Positions 14,488 to 22,191 of a stretch of DNA of 64,000 bases are shown here, one piece after another; positions within the stretch are counted from its first letter, which is position 1; each line of letters begins with the position of its first letter. Location of the stretch: positions 75,565 through 139,564 of the forward strand of contig CAWFDC010000015.1 of assembly GCA_963814545.1 (NCBI GenBank), in the 5' to 3' direction. The notes below the pieces were generated by a model. That model had not been told where the DNA came from and did no database searches. It saw only the letters and a program-made list of their open reading frames with translations. The position numbers and the translations under genes are program-made. Origin of the DNA: an uncultured Thermoleophilia bacterium (GTDB lineage: Bacteria; Actinomycetota; Thermoleophilia; UBA2241).

Positions 14488-14518
14488 GACGCGCGGCGGA
14501 GGCCGCGGGGGGCGAGAC

Positions 14519-14550
14519 GCGAGACGCGCGGCGGGGGCCGCGCGTCTCGC
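14519..14550 (+). terminator. GC-rich hairpin downstream of sdhB
   Basis: GCGAGACGCGCGG - CGGGGG - CCGCGCGTCTCGC, a 13-bp stem about 30 nt after the stop. No U tract. Confidence 0.45.
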
Positions 14551-14653
14551 GTGACGAGCTGACGAGCGCCGCGGCGCGGGCCGCAGGGCGAGGGCCGCGT
14601 CCCGCGAGAGTGGGGGCCGCGGGGCGCGAGAGCGGCCGGCGTGCCGGCCGGCG

Positions 14654-15319
14654 TCAGAGACCGTCGCCGGCCGGCACGCCGGCCCCGTCGCGCGCCTGCT
14701 CGAGCGCGTGCCGGATCAGCCCGGCCCAGTAGCGCAGCACCGGCTCGACGTCGAAGGACTGGTCGGCGGCGTACTGCATGGCGAGCCCGTCGCAGACCGC
14801 GACCGTGAGCGCGGTCAGCAGGCGCAGGCGCTCGCGCAGCTCGTCGTCGGCCTCGGGCTCGAGGGCGTAGATGTCGAGCTCGCGGTACCAGTCGAAGAGC
14901 TCCGCCATGCGCGGCCAGAGGCTCGGGTCGCGGATGAGGTTGGGGAAGAGGTCGAAGAAGAGACGGTACTGGCGCAGATTGGTGACCACGCGCAGGTGCT
15001 GCTCGATGAGGATGTCGACGCGGTCGTGGTCGGCGCCGGCCTTCGAGAGCTCGCGCAGCAGGCGGACGTTCTCGTCGTGCACCACCGAGTCGGCGAGCGC
15101 CCCGACCAGCCCGGCCTTGTTGCCGAAGTGGTAGCGGATCGAGGCCTTGTTCTCGCCGGCCTCGGCGGCGATCGCCTCGAGGGTGAGGCCCTTGAAGCCC
15201 TCGCGGCCGAGCACGCGCCGCGCGGCGGCGAGGATGCGCCGCGCCGTCGGCGACAGCTCGGCCGCCGCGTCGTCGGTGACCAGGCTCGCGCCCCGGACGC
15301 GGATCCCGTTGTCGGTCAT
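14654..15319 (-). CDS. TetR/AcrR family transcriptional regulator
   Basis: N-terminal HTH GFKGLTLEAIAAEAGENKASIRYHFGNKAGL. Start chosen at MTDNGIRV (15319). Divergent from the methylamine operon. Confidence 0.85.
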   Translation of the reverse strand: MTDNGIRVRGASLVTDDAAAELSPTARRILAAARRVLGREGFKGLTLEAIAAEAGENKASIRYHFGNKAGLVGALADSVVHDENVRLLRELSKAGADHDRVDILIEQHLRVVTNLRQYRLFFDLFPNLIRDPSLWPRMAELFDWYRELDIYALEPEADDELRERLRLLTALTVAVCDGLAMQYAADQSFDVEPVLRYWAGLIRHALEQARDGAGVPAGDGL

Positions 15320-15410
15320 CGGTGGTGCTCTCCGTCGGTCGTGGCCCCGGAGCGGCCGCGCCGCAGCGGGCGGCCGTTCTCCGGGTGCAGCCTGCCCCAT
15401 CGGCGCGCTG

Positions 15411-15438
15411 TTGACAACCCCCCGGGGCGACCTAGAAT
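15411..15438 (+). promoter_or_regulatory. Near-consensus sigma-70 promoter driving the SBP-mtbB-mttB operon
   Basis: TTGACA (15411-15416) - 16 nt - TAGAAT (15433-15438) in a locally lower-GC patch, about 195 nt upstream of the SBP start codon. Confidence 0.5.
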
Positions 15439-15449
15439 TGCCCGCGAAG

Positions 15450-15465
15450 TCATCCAACCGGATGA
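15450..15465. promoter_or_regulatory. Inverted repeat, candidate TetR operator
   Basis: TCATCC-AACC-GGATGA, 12 nt downstream of the -10 element, in the tetR / operon divergent region. Confidence 0.3.
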
Positions 15466-15633
15466 ATAGACGGTCGGACGGCTTCGACAGGGGGGCCGGG
15501 CTAAGCCCGGCGGCCTCGACGAGTGCGCGGTGTGGCCATCAGCAGCGGGGCCCGGTCCGTCGTCGCGCGCCTCGCCGGGGCACGTTCCGAGGCGCCCTCG
15601 TGCGCTCGCGCGAGGGCGGGAGAAGGGGGAAGG

Positions 15634-16830
15634 ATGACTATGACCAGCACCAGCAGACCTCCGGGGGGCGGCGTGCGCGACGAGCTCGAGAGGATCACGG
15701 GGGCCGTCGCCCACGGGGAGCTCACGCGACGGCAGTTCATCGAGCGCGGCGTGGCGCTCGGCCTCTCGGTGGGGGCGCTCGGCACGGTCCTCGCCGCCTG
15801 CGGCGACGAGGAGACCGCCCAGGAGACGCCGCAGGCGTGGGACACCACGCTGCCCGAGCAGATCCACATCTACAACTGGTCCGACTACATGTCGCCCGAG
15901 TGCCTCGAGAACTTCGAGGCCGAGTACGGGGTCAAGGTCCGCGAGAGCTACTACGACGGCAACGAGTCGATGTACGCCAAGCTGCAGGCGGGGGCGACCG
16001 GGTACGACGTCATCTTCCCGACCGACATGTGGGTCACGATCCTGCGCAAGAGCGACCTGCTCCAGCCGCTCGACATGGCGCTGATCCCGAACTTCGCCAA
16101 CGTCACCCAGGAGGTCTTCCAGAAGCCGGCCTTCGACAACCCCGACACCCAGGACGGCGAGAAGTACTCGGTGCCGTACATGTTCGGCACGACCGGCTAC
16201 GCGGCGACGCTGGCCAAGGTGCCGGCGCCGCAGGACTCGTGGAACCAGCTCTGGGACCCGGCGTTCGAGCGCCAGATCTCGATGCTCAACGCCCCGCGCG
16301 AGACGCTCGGGGTCGGGCTCATCAAGCTCGGCTACTCGCCGAACACCACGAGCCAGGAGGAGCTCGACCAGGCGGTGCTGCAGCTGACCGACCAGAAGCC
16401 CCTGGTGCTCAAGTACGACTCCACGAACACGCGGCGCAGCATCGTCGAAGGTCTCGCCCTGACGCACTGCTGGGACGGCGACGTCGCTCTGGCCGTCAAG
16501 GCGATCCCGACGGAGAACGTCAGCTACGTGCTGCCCAGCGAGGGCTACATCGTGTGGGCCGACGGCATCGCGATCCCGAAGTCGGCCGCCAATCCGTACG
16601 CCGCCCACCTCTTCCTCAACTTCATGCTCGACCCGAAGAACGTGGGCGCGGCGGCCGACTACATCGGCTACCAGCCGGTCGTGACCGCGGGCATGGACTA
16701 CGTGACCAACGAGACCCAGGTCGCCATGCGCCCGAGCGACGAGGTGATCGAGGCGGGCTATCTCGCCGAGGACGTCGGTGACTTCCAGCGCAATTACGAC
16801 GACGCCTGGCGCGACGTCGTGAGCGCCTGA
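15634..16830 (+). CDS. PotD/PotF-family (polyamine-type) ABC substrate-binding lipoprotein with Tat signal; no permease or ATPase adjacent
   Basis: ATG 15634 after GGGGGAAGG. Twin-arginine signal plus lipobox TRRQFIERGVALGLSVGALGTVLAAC. PotD-like core IHIYNWSDYMSPECLENFEAEYGVKVRESYYDGNESMYAKLQAG, YDVIFPTDMWV. Confidence 0.8.
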   Translation: MTMTSTSRPPGGGVRDELERITGAVAHGELTRRQFIERGVALGLSVGALGTVLAACGDEETAQETPQAWDTTLPEQIHIYNWSDYMSPECLENFEAEYGVKVRESYYDGNESMYAKLQAGATGYDVIFPTDMWVTILRKSDLLQPLDMALIPNFANVTQEVFQKPAFDNPDTQDGEKYSVPYMFGTTGYAATLAKVPAPQDSWNQLWDPAFERQISMLNAPRETLGVGLIKLGYSPNTTSQEELDQAVLQLTDQKPLVLKYDSTNTRRSIVEGLALTHCWDGDVALAVKAIPTENVSYVLPSEGYIVWADGIAIPKSAANPYAAHLFLNFMLDPKNVGAAADYIGYQPVVTAGMDYVTNETQVAMRPSDEVIEAGYLAEDVGDFQRNYDDAWRDVVSA

Positions 16831-16969
16831 CGACGAAACGGCGGCCGGCGCGGCGCGACGTCGTGCGCGCCTGAGGACCATTGGCGGGCCGGCGCGGCAC
16901 TCGTACCCGCCGCGCCGGCCGGCCACGACGGGACGGCAATCCCCGACAGGGAGAGGACGGGAGAGGGGC

Positions 16970-18394
16970 TTGGACGACAGGATACTGACCCGCATGGGTG
17001 ACGGCTCGCTCGTCGAGACGACGCGCGCCCAGCTGCGCGCCGACGTCGAGGACGGCACCCGGCAGGCGGCGCGCCGCGCCAAGGTGCCGCCGCTCGAGCA
17101 GGGCGAGCTCGACCACCTCGAGGACATCTTCTGCTCGAACGCGCGCTTCACCGGCGTCGACCTCGGCGACGAGGTCATCATGAGCTACGACGGGTCGGGC
17201 AACGCCGACCTCGGCTCGCGCATGACCGAGATGCTCGCCTACCAGACGCACCAGGGCGCCGACATGCTCGAGCTCTGGCACATCGACTACTCGTACAAGG
17301 CCATCAAGACGATCCTCTCGTTCGAGGCCCACGAGATGAAGATGAGCCAGCTCAACCTGACGATCCCCATGCAGTACGGGGCGATGCCCGATCTGGGCCG
17401 GTACTCGAAGCCAGACGGCCCCATCCCGAACTGGTCCGAGCTCCTGCCGCTGGGACGCATCGAGGAGGCGCGGGAGGCGCAGCTCGAGGCCGGCGAGATG
17501 GCCACGCACGACATGCTCTTCGTCGCCGATGGCATGGTCGAGGCGGGCACCGACGGCCTCGACTTCGACACCGCCGGCGCCGCCGGCGACGGCGACTTCC
17601 TCGCCACCCTCAACGCGGTCGAGAAGATCCGCGCCAAGCACCCGCACGTGGGCATCGAGGTCGGCATGGCGAGCGAGTTCGTGCTCGGCATGCACGGCGA
17701 GCTCGAGTACAGGGGCGAGCGGCTCGCCGGCATGTGGCCGCACCAGCAGGTCAAGGCGGTGGCGGCGGCCGGCGGCACGATCTTCGGGCCGGCCGTGAAC
17801 GTCAACACGCGCCAGTCGGTGGCCTGGAACGTGAGCCGCGCCTGCACCCTGGTGAAGCGCTGCTGCGAGGAGTCGCCGATCCCCGTGCACATGAACGTCG
17901 GCATGGGCGTCGGCGGCGTGCCGATGACCGCGTACCCGCCGGTCGACGCCGTCTCGCGGGTCTCGAAGGCGCTCGTCGACGTGACCCGGATGGACGGCTT
18001 GTAGGTCGGCGTGGGCGACCCTGTGGGCATGTCGCTGGCCCACACGCTCGCCTCGGGCATGGGCGGGATGCGCGCCGCCGGAGACCTTGTGGCGCGCATG
18101 CAGATGACCCGGGGGATGCGGCTCAGTGAGGCCAAGGCGTACGTCGCCGGGAGGCTCGGCGTCTCGACCCTCGACCTCGTCGACCCCGTCGTCATGCACG
18201 ACGTGCGCGCCGAGCTCGGTCTCGGGCGCATCACCGTGCAGGAGCTGACCTACGCCGACCAGCCCTACGCGATCGAGGCCAAGTTCCGGATCAGCGAGGT
18301 GCTGGACATCCCGATCAACAGCGTCGAGCGCTTCGCCGCGCGCGCCGGGCTGGGGGCGCCGCGCGTGTCCGCCGCCGGCGGCGCGGCGGGCTGA
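16970..18394 (+). CDS. mtbB: Dimethylamine:corrinoid methyltransferase MtbB with in-frame UAG (18002-18004), predicted pyrrolysine
   Basis: ORFs 16970..18004 and 18011..18394 are in the same frame, separated only by TAG. Sequence is MtbB-like throughout (LTRMGDGSLV, HIDYSYKAIK, FDTAGAAGDGDF, GMWPHQQ, NVGMGVGGVPM, ...[41 protein letters not shown]). TTG start after GGGAGAGGGG. Confidence 0.9.
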
Positions 18395-18413
18395 GAGCCC
18401 CGGAGGTGCTTGA

Positions 18414-19883
18414 GTGAAACGCAATCTGCACGCAGGACACCGGCGCAGCGGGGGGTTCAGCCTCAACGTCTTCACCGAGGCCGAGATGGACTCGATCCAC
18501 CTCGCGACCCTCGAAGTGCTCGAGCGCACCGGCGTCTTCGTCGAGGCCGACGAGGCGATCGACATCTTCACCGACGCCGGCTGCCGCGTCGACCGCGAGC
18601 GGCGCGTGGTCCGGATCCCGCCGCACCTGGTCGAGGACGCGATCCGCTCGGCGCCGAGCCGCTTCACGCTCTGCGGGCGCGACCCGAAGAACGACTTCGT
18701 CCTGGAGCCGGGTCGCGTCGCCTTCACCAACTTCAGCGAGGGCATCCGCCTGATCGACCCGTTCAGCGGCGAGTACCGCGACCCGACCAAGAAGGACATC
18801 GGTGACATCGCCCGGCTCAACGACTACCTGAGCGAGATGGACACGCACGAGATCTCGGTCGGGGCCAGCGACGCGCCCGCCGAGACCATCTCCGTGCACA
18901 ACAGCGAGCAGCAGCTCCTCAACACGACCAAGCCGATCGGCATCGGGCCGCTCTCGCGCATGGAGAGCATCGCCGTCTTCCGCATGTGCGCCGAGATCGT
19001 CGGCGGCGAGGACGCGCTGCGCGAGCGCCCCATCGTCTACAACGGCGTCTGCCCGGTGAGCCCGCTCAAGCTGCCGCACGAGGTCACCGAGGTGATCATC
19101 GAGACGGCGCGCTGGGGCCTGCCCTGCAACATCCTCTCGATGGCCATGGCCGGGGGCTCGTCGCCCGTGACCCTGGCCGGCACGATGGTCACGCACAACG
19201 CCGAGGTCCTCGCCGGCATCACGCTCTCGCAGCTCGCCGAGCGCGGCGTCCCGGTGATCTACGGCAGCTCGACCACGGCCATGGACCTGAAGCTCGCCGC
19301 GGCCAGCGTCGGTACGCCGGAGCTCGCCATGGTCAGCGCCGCGGTGGCGCAGATGGCGCGCCGCTACCTCCTCCCGAGCTTCGTGGCGGGGTTGTAGGCT
19401 GACTCCAAGGTCGGTGACGCGCAGACCGGTCACGAGAAGACCCTCACCGGGTTGCTGGCAGCGTTGGCAGGGGCCAACCTGATCTACGGGGCGGGGATGA
19501 TCGAATCGGGCGTCACCTTCGACTGCGGGCAGTTCGTCATGGACAACGAGTTCGCGCGCATGATCAAGCACAGCGTCATGGGCATCCCGGTCGACGACGA
19601 GACCCTGGCGGTGGAGGACATCGCCATGGTCGGGCCGTTCGGGGACTTCCTCAGCCTCGACGCGACGCTCAAGCACATGCGCACCCTCAGCCAGCCTGCC
19701 CACCTCGACCGCCGTGTGCGCGAGGACTGGCAAGACCGCGGCGCCACCGACCTGTATGCTCGCTGTACGGCGGAGGCGCGGCAGATCATCGAGGAGTACC
19801 GGCCTGAACCGCTGCCGGACGACGTGGCGCGGCGTATCCACGCCATCGTCGAGGAGACCGACCGGGCGGCGGGTGTGGCCTGA
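18414..19883 (+). CDS. mttB: Trimethylamine:corrinoid methyltransferase MttB with in-frame UAG (19395-19397), predicted pyrrolysine
   Basis: ORFs 18414..19397 and 19452..19883 share a frame, and the gap has no other stop. MttB-like throughout (FSLNVFTEAEMDSIHLATLEVLERTGV, NILSMAMAGGSSPVTLAGTMVTHNAEVLAG, ...[47 protein letters not shown]). GTG start 5 nt after GGAGGTG. Confidence 0.9.
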
Positions 19884-19947
19884 AAGTGACCGGGCGGCTG
19901 GTGTAGCCTGAGACCCGCAGGGCGGCTGGTGCAGCCTGAGACCCGCC
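19864..19947. repeat. 28-bp tandem repeat x3 that begins inside the last codons of mttB and includes its stop
   Basis: Units at 19864, 19892 and 19920: GGGCGGCGGGTGTGGCCTGAAAGTGACC / GGGCGGCTGGTGTAGCCTGAGACCCGCA / GGGCGGCTGGTGCAGCCTGAGACCCGCC. Confidence 0.75.
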
Positions 19948-19985
19948 GGATGGCGGCGCCCGCGACGGGGCGGGCGCCGCCATCC
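19948..19985 (+). terminator. Strong hairpin between mttB and the corrinoid-protein gene (attenuator/terminator or processing site)
   Basis: GGATGGCGGCGCCCGC - loop - GCGGGCGCCGCCATCC, a perfect 16-bp stem. No U tract. It lies 25 nt upstream of the next start codon. Confidence 0.4.
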
Positions 19986-20010
19986 GAGACCGACGACAAG
20001 GAGACAGGAC

Positions 20011-20646
20011 GTGAGCGACCAGTACGGACCACTGAAGCAGGCCGTGATCGACGGCAACGCCGACCTGACGAACGCGCTGGTCCAGGCGGCGCTGGCCCAG
20101 GGGCAGGCGCCCCGCGACATCCTCGAGGGTGCCCTGCTGCCCGGTATGGAGGTCGTCGGCCAGCGCATGAAGAGCGGCGAGTGCTTCATCCCCGAGGTGC
20201 TGCTCTCGGCGCGGGTCATGCAGGGCGCGCTCGACACCCTGCGGCCCCTCCTCGGCGAGGGCGAGGGCGGCGGCCTCGGCACCGTGGTCATCGGCACGGT
20301 CGAGGGCGACCTGCACGACATCGGCAAGAACCTCGTCGGCATGATGCTGTCGGGCGCCGGCTTCGAGGTCGTCAACCTCGGCACCGGGATCACCCCGGCG
20401 CAGTTCGTCGCCGCCGCCGAGGAGCACGGGGCGGCGATCGTCGGCATGAGCGCTCTGCTCACGACGACGATCCCGCGCATGAAGGAGACCATCGACGCCC
20501 TCGCCGCCGCCGGGCTCAGGGACAAGGTCAAGGTCATGATCGGCGGCGCCCCCGTCACCCAGGCCTTCGCCGACGAGATCGGCGCCGACGGTTACGGCGC
20601 CAACGCCGGCGCCGCCGTCGACCGTGCCAAGGCCCTGGTGAAGTGA
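20011..20646 (+). CDS. Corrinoid (cobalamin-binding) methyl-carrier protein, MttC/MtbC type
   Basis: B12-binding DxHxxG motif GTVEGDLHDIGKNLVG, then GMSALLTTT and MIGGAPVT, with an N-terminal helical cap domain. GTG start after AAGGAGACAGG. Confidence 0.9.
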   Translation: MSDQYGPLKQAVIDGNADLTNALVQAALAQGQAPRDILEGALLPGMEVVGQRMKSGECFIPEVLLSARVMQGALDTLRPLLGEGEGGGLGTVVIGTVEGDLHDIGKNLVGMMLSGAGFEVVNLGTGITPAQFVAAAEEHGAAIVGMSALLTTTIPRMKETIDALAAAGLRDKVKVMIGGAPVTQAFADEIGADGYGANAGAAVDRAKALVK

Positions 20647-22103
20647 TGCCGAAGGCCCCCGCCCCGGGGCGCCTGGCGCCCCGCGTCAGCATGCTCACCG
20701 ACGACGCGTTCGCCTACCTGCACGGGCAGACGCTCGAGCTGCTGGCGACCGTCGGCGTACGCTTCGCGAGCCCCCGTGCCCGCGCGCTGCTGCGCGAGGC
20801 GGGCGCCCGGGTCGACGACGAGAGCCTGGTGGTCCGTCTCCCGGCCGAGCTTGTCGAGCGGGCCGTGGCCGCGGCGCCGCACGACGTGCTGCTGGCTGCC
20901 CGCGACGGCGAGCACGACGCCCTGCTCGACCGCTCGCGTACCTTCGTGGGCCACGACGGCATGGGCGCCATGACGATGGACCACCGCACCGGCGAGCGGC
21001 GGCCGTCCACCGACCAGGACCTCTACGAGGCCTGCGTCGTCGCCGACGCCCTCGACGAGCTCGGCTTCTGCTGGTACGTCGCGACGCCCAACGACGCCGT
21101 GCCCGCCGTGCAGTCGCTGCAGGGCATCGTCACCATGCTGCGCGGCTCGGGCAAACACGCGCAGGGCGATCTGAGCGATCCTCTCCTCGTGCCCTACGCG
21201 CTGGAGGCGGCGGCGGCGGCGAGCCCCGGCGGCGTGTGGGACCCGGCGAGGCCGGTCTTCTCGATCGTGTACTGCCCGGTCTCGCCGCTGCAGCACGACG
21301 CCGAGGCCCTCGACGCCGCCATGCTGCTCGCCGAGCAGGGTGTGCCGATCGTCGTCTACAGCCTCGCGCTCGCGGGGGCGACGGCGCCGGTCACGCTCGC
21401 CGGCACCCTGGTGCAGACCAACGCCGAGGTCCTCAGCGGCCTCGTCGCCCTGCAGCTCGCGGCGCCGGGCAGCCCCTTCGTCTACGTCGGCAACTCGAGC
21501 ATCCTGGACATGAAGACCTGCACCTTCGGCGCCTGCGGGCCCGAGGCGCTGCTCTTCAATCTGGCGCTGACCGAGATGGGGCACCGCTACGGCTTCCCCG
21601 TGCTCTCCGGCGGGCTGTCGAGCGACGCCAAGGAGCTCTGCATGCAGTCGGGGTACGAGGGCGGCACGATGGCGCTCCTCAGCACTCTCGCCCGCGCCGA
21701 CCTCTTCGTCGGCGTCGGCATGCTCGACTCGGCGCAGTTCCTCTACCTGCCGAAGATGGTGCTCGACGCCGAGGTCGTCGCCCAGTGCGCTCACGTGGCG
21801 CGCGGCGTGCAGCTCGACGACGAGAGCGTGATGCTCGAGGTGTCGGCGCGGATCGGCCCGGGCGGCCACTTCCTCGGCGCGCGCGAGACGAGCTCGTTCC
21901 TGCGCCGGGGCGAGCACCACCAGCTCAAGGTCTTCCAGCGCGGCTCGTACGAGGCGTGGCGGGCGCACCCGGTCCCCGAGGCCGAGCGGGCGACGGCCGT
22001 GGTCGACGAGATCCTCGCCGCGCACCGGCCGTCGGCCTTGCCCCCGGGCGGCGAGGAGCGCATGGCCGCCGCCGTGGCCGCCGCCGCGGAGAGGCGCGAC
22101 TAG
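20646..22103 (+). CDS. MttB-superfamily methyltransferase, non-pyrrolysine paralog (quaternary-amine type candidate), translationally coupled to the corrinoid protein
   Basis: ATG overlaps the upstream TGA. 485 aa uninterrupted, paralogous to 9600..11060 (VYCPVSPLQHDAEALDAA, ATAPVTLAGTLVQTNAEVLSG, GPGGHFLGARET). Ser at the Pyl-equivalent position (GGL-S-SDAK). Ends in TAG. Confidence 0.85.
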   Translation: MPKAPAPGRLAPRVSMLTDDAFAYLHGQTLELLATVGVRFASPRARALLREAGARVDDESLVVRLPAELVERAVAAAPHDVLLAARDGEHDALLDRSRTFVGHDGMGAMTMDHRTGERRPSTDQDLYEACVVADALDELGFCWYVATPNDAVPAVQSLQGIVTMLRGSGKHAQGDLSDPLLVPYALEAAAAASPGGVWDPARPVFSIVYCPVSPLQHDAEALDAAMLLAEQGVPIVVYSLALAGATAPVTLAGTLVQTNAEVLSGLVALQLAAPGSPFVYVGNSSILDMKTCTFGACGPEALLFNLALTEMGHRYGFPVLSGGLSSDAKELCMQSGYEGGTMALLSTLARADLFVGVGMLDSAQFLYLPKMVLDAEVVAQCAHVARGVQLDDESVMLEVSARIGPGGHFLGARETSSFLRRGEHHQLKVFQRGSYEAWRAHPVPEAERATAVVDEILAAHRPSALPPGGEERMAAAVAAAAERRD

Positions 22104-22191
22104 AGCGACCCCTCGAGCACGGCGAGCAGCACGCCGGCCAATGTGACTAGAGCGACCCGTCGAGCACGGCGAGCAGCACGCCGGCCAGCGT
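22098..22191. repeat. 47-bp tandem duplication covering the stop codons of two convergent genes
   Basis: GACTAGAGCGACCCCTCGAGCACGGCGAGCAGCACGCCGGCCAATGT / GACTAGAGCGACCCGTCGAGCACGGCGAGCAGCACGCCGGCCAGCGT, with 3 mismatches. Copy 1 holds the TAG of the MttB paralog. Copy 2 holds the 3' end of the EamA gene on the other strand. Confidence 0.8.

Noticed and set aside
18005-18045. A PYLIS-like stem-loop immediately downstream of the mtbB UAG (GTGGGC...GCCCAC).
   Set aside because: Only a short imperfect pairing can be drawn. No comparable structure follows the mttB UAG, and PYLIS is described for mtmB rather than mtbB or mttB. This is too weak to call without folding and covariation analysis.
18002-19397. 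Treating the TAGs in mtbB and mttB as ordinary stops, giving four separate genes or two pseudogenes.
   Set aside because: In both genes the downstream ORF is in the same frame and TAG is the only interruption. Family-typical conservation continues across it, and the position coincides with the known Pyl site in two different enzyme families. The indel-type errors seen elsewhere in the window change frame, whereas these do not.
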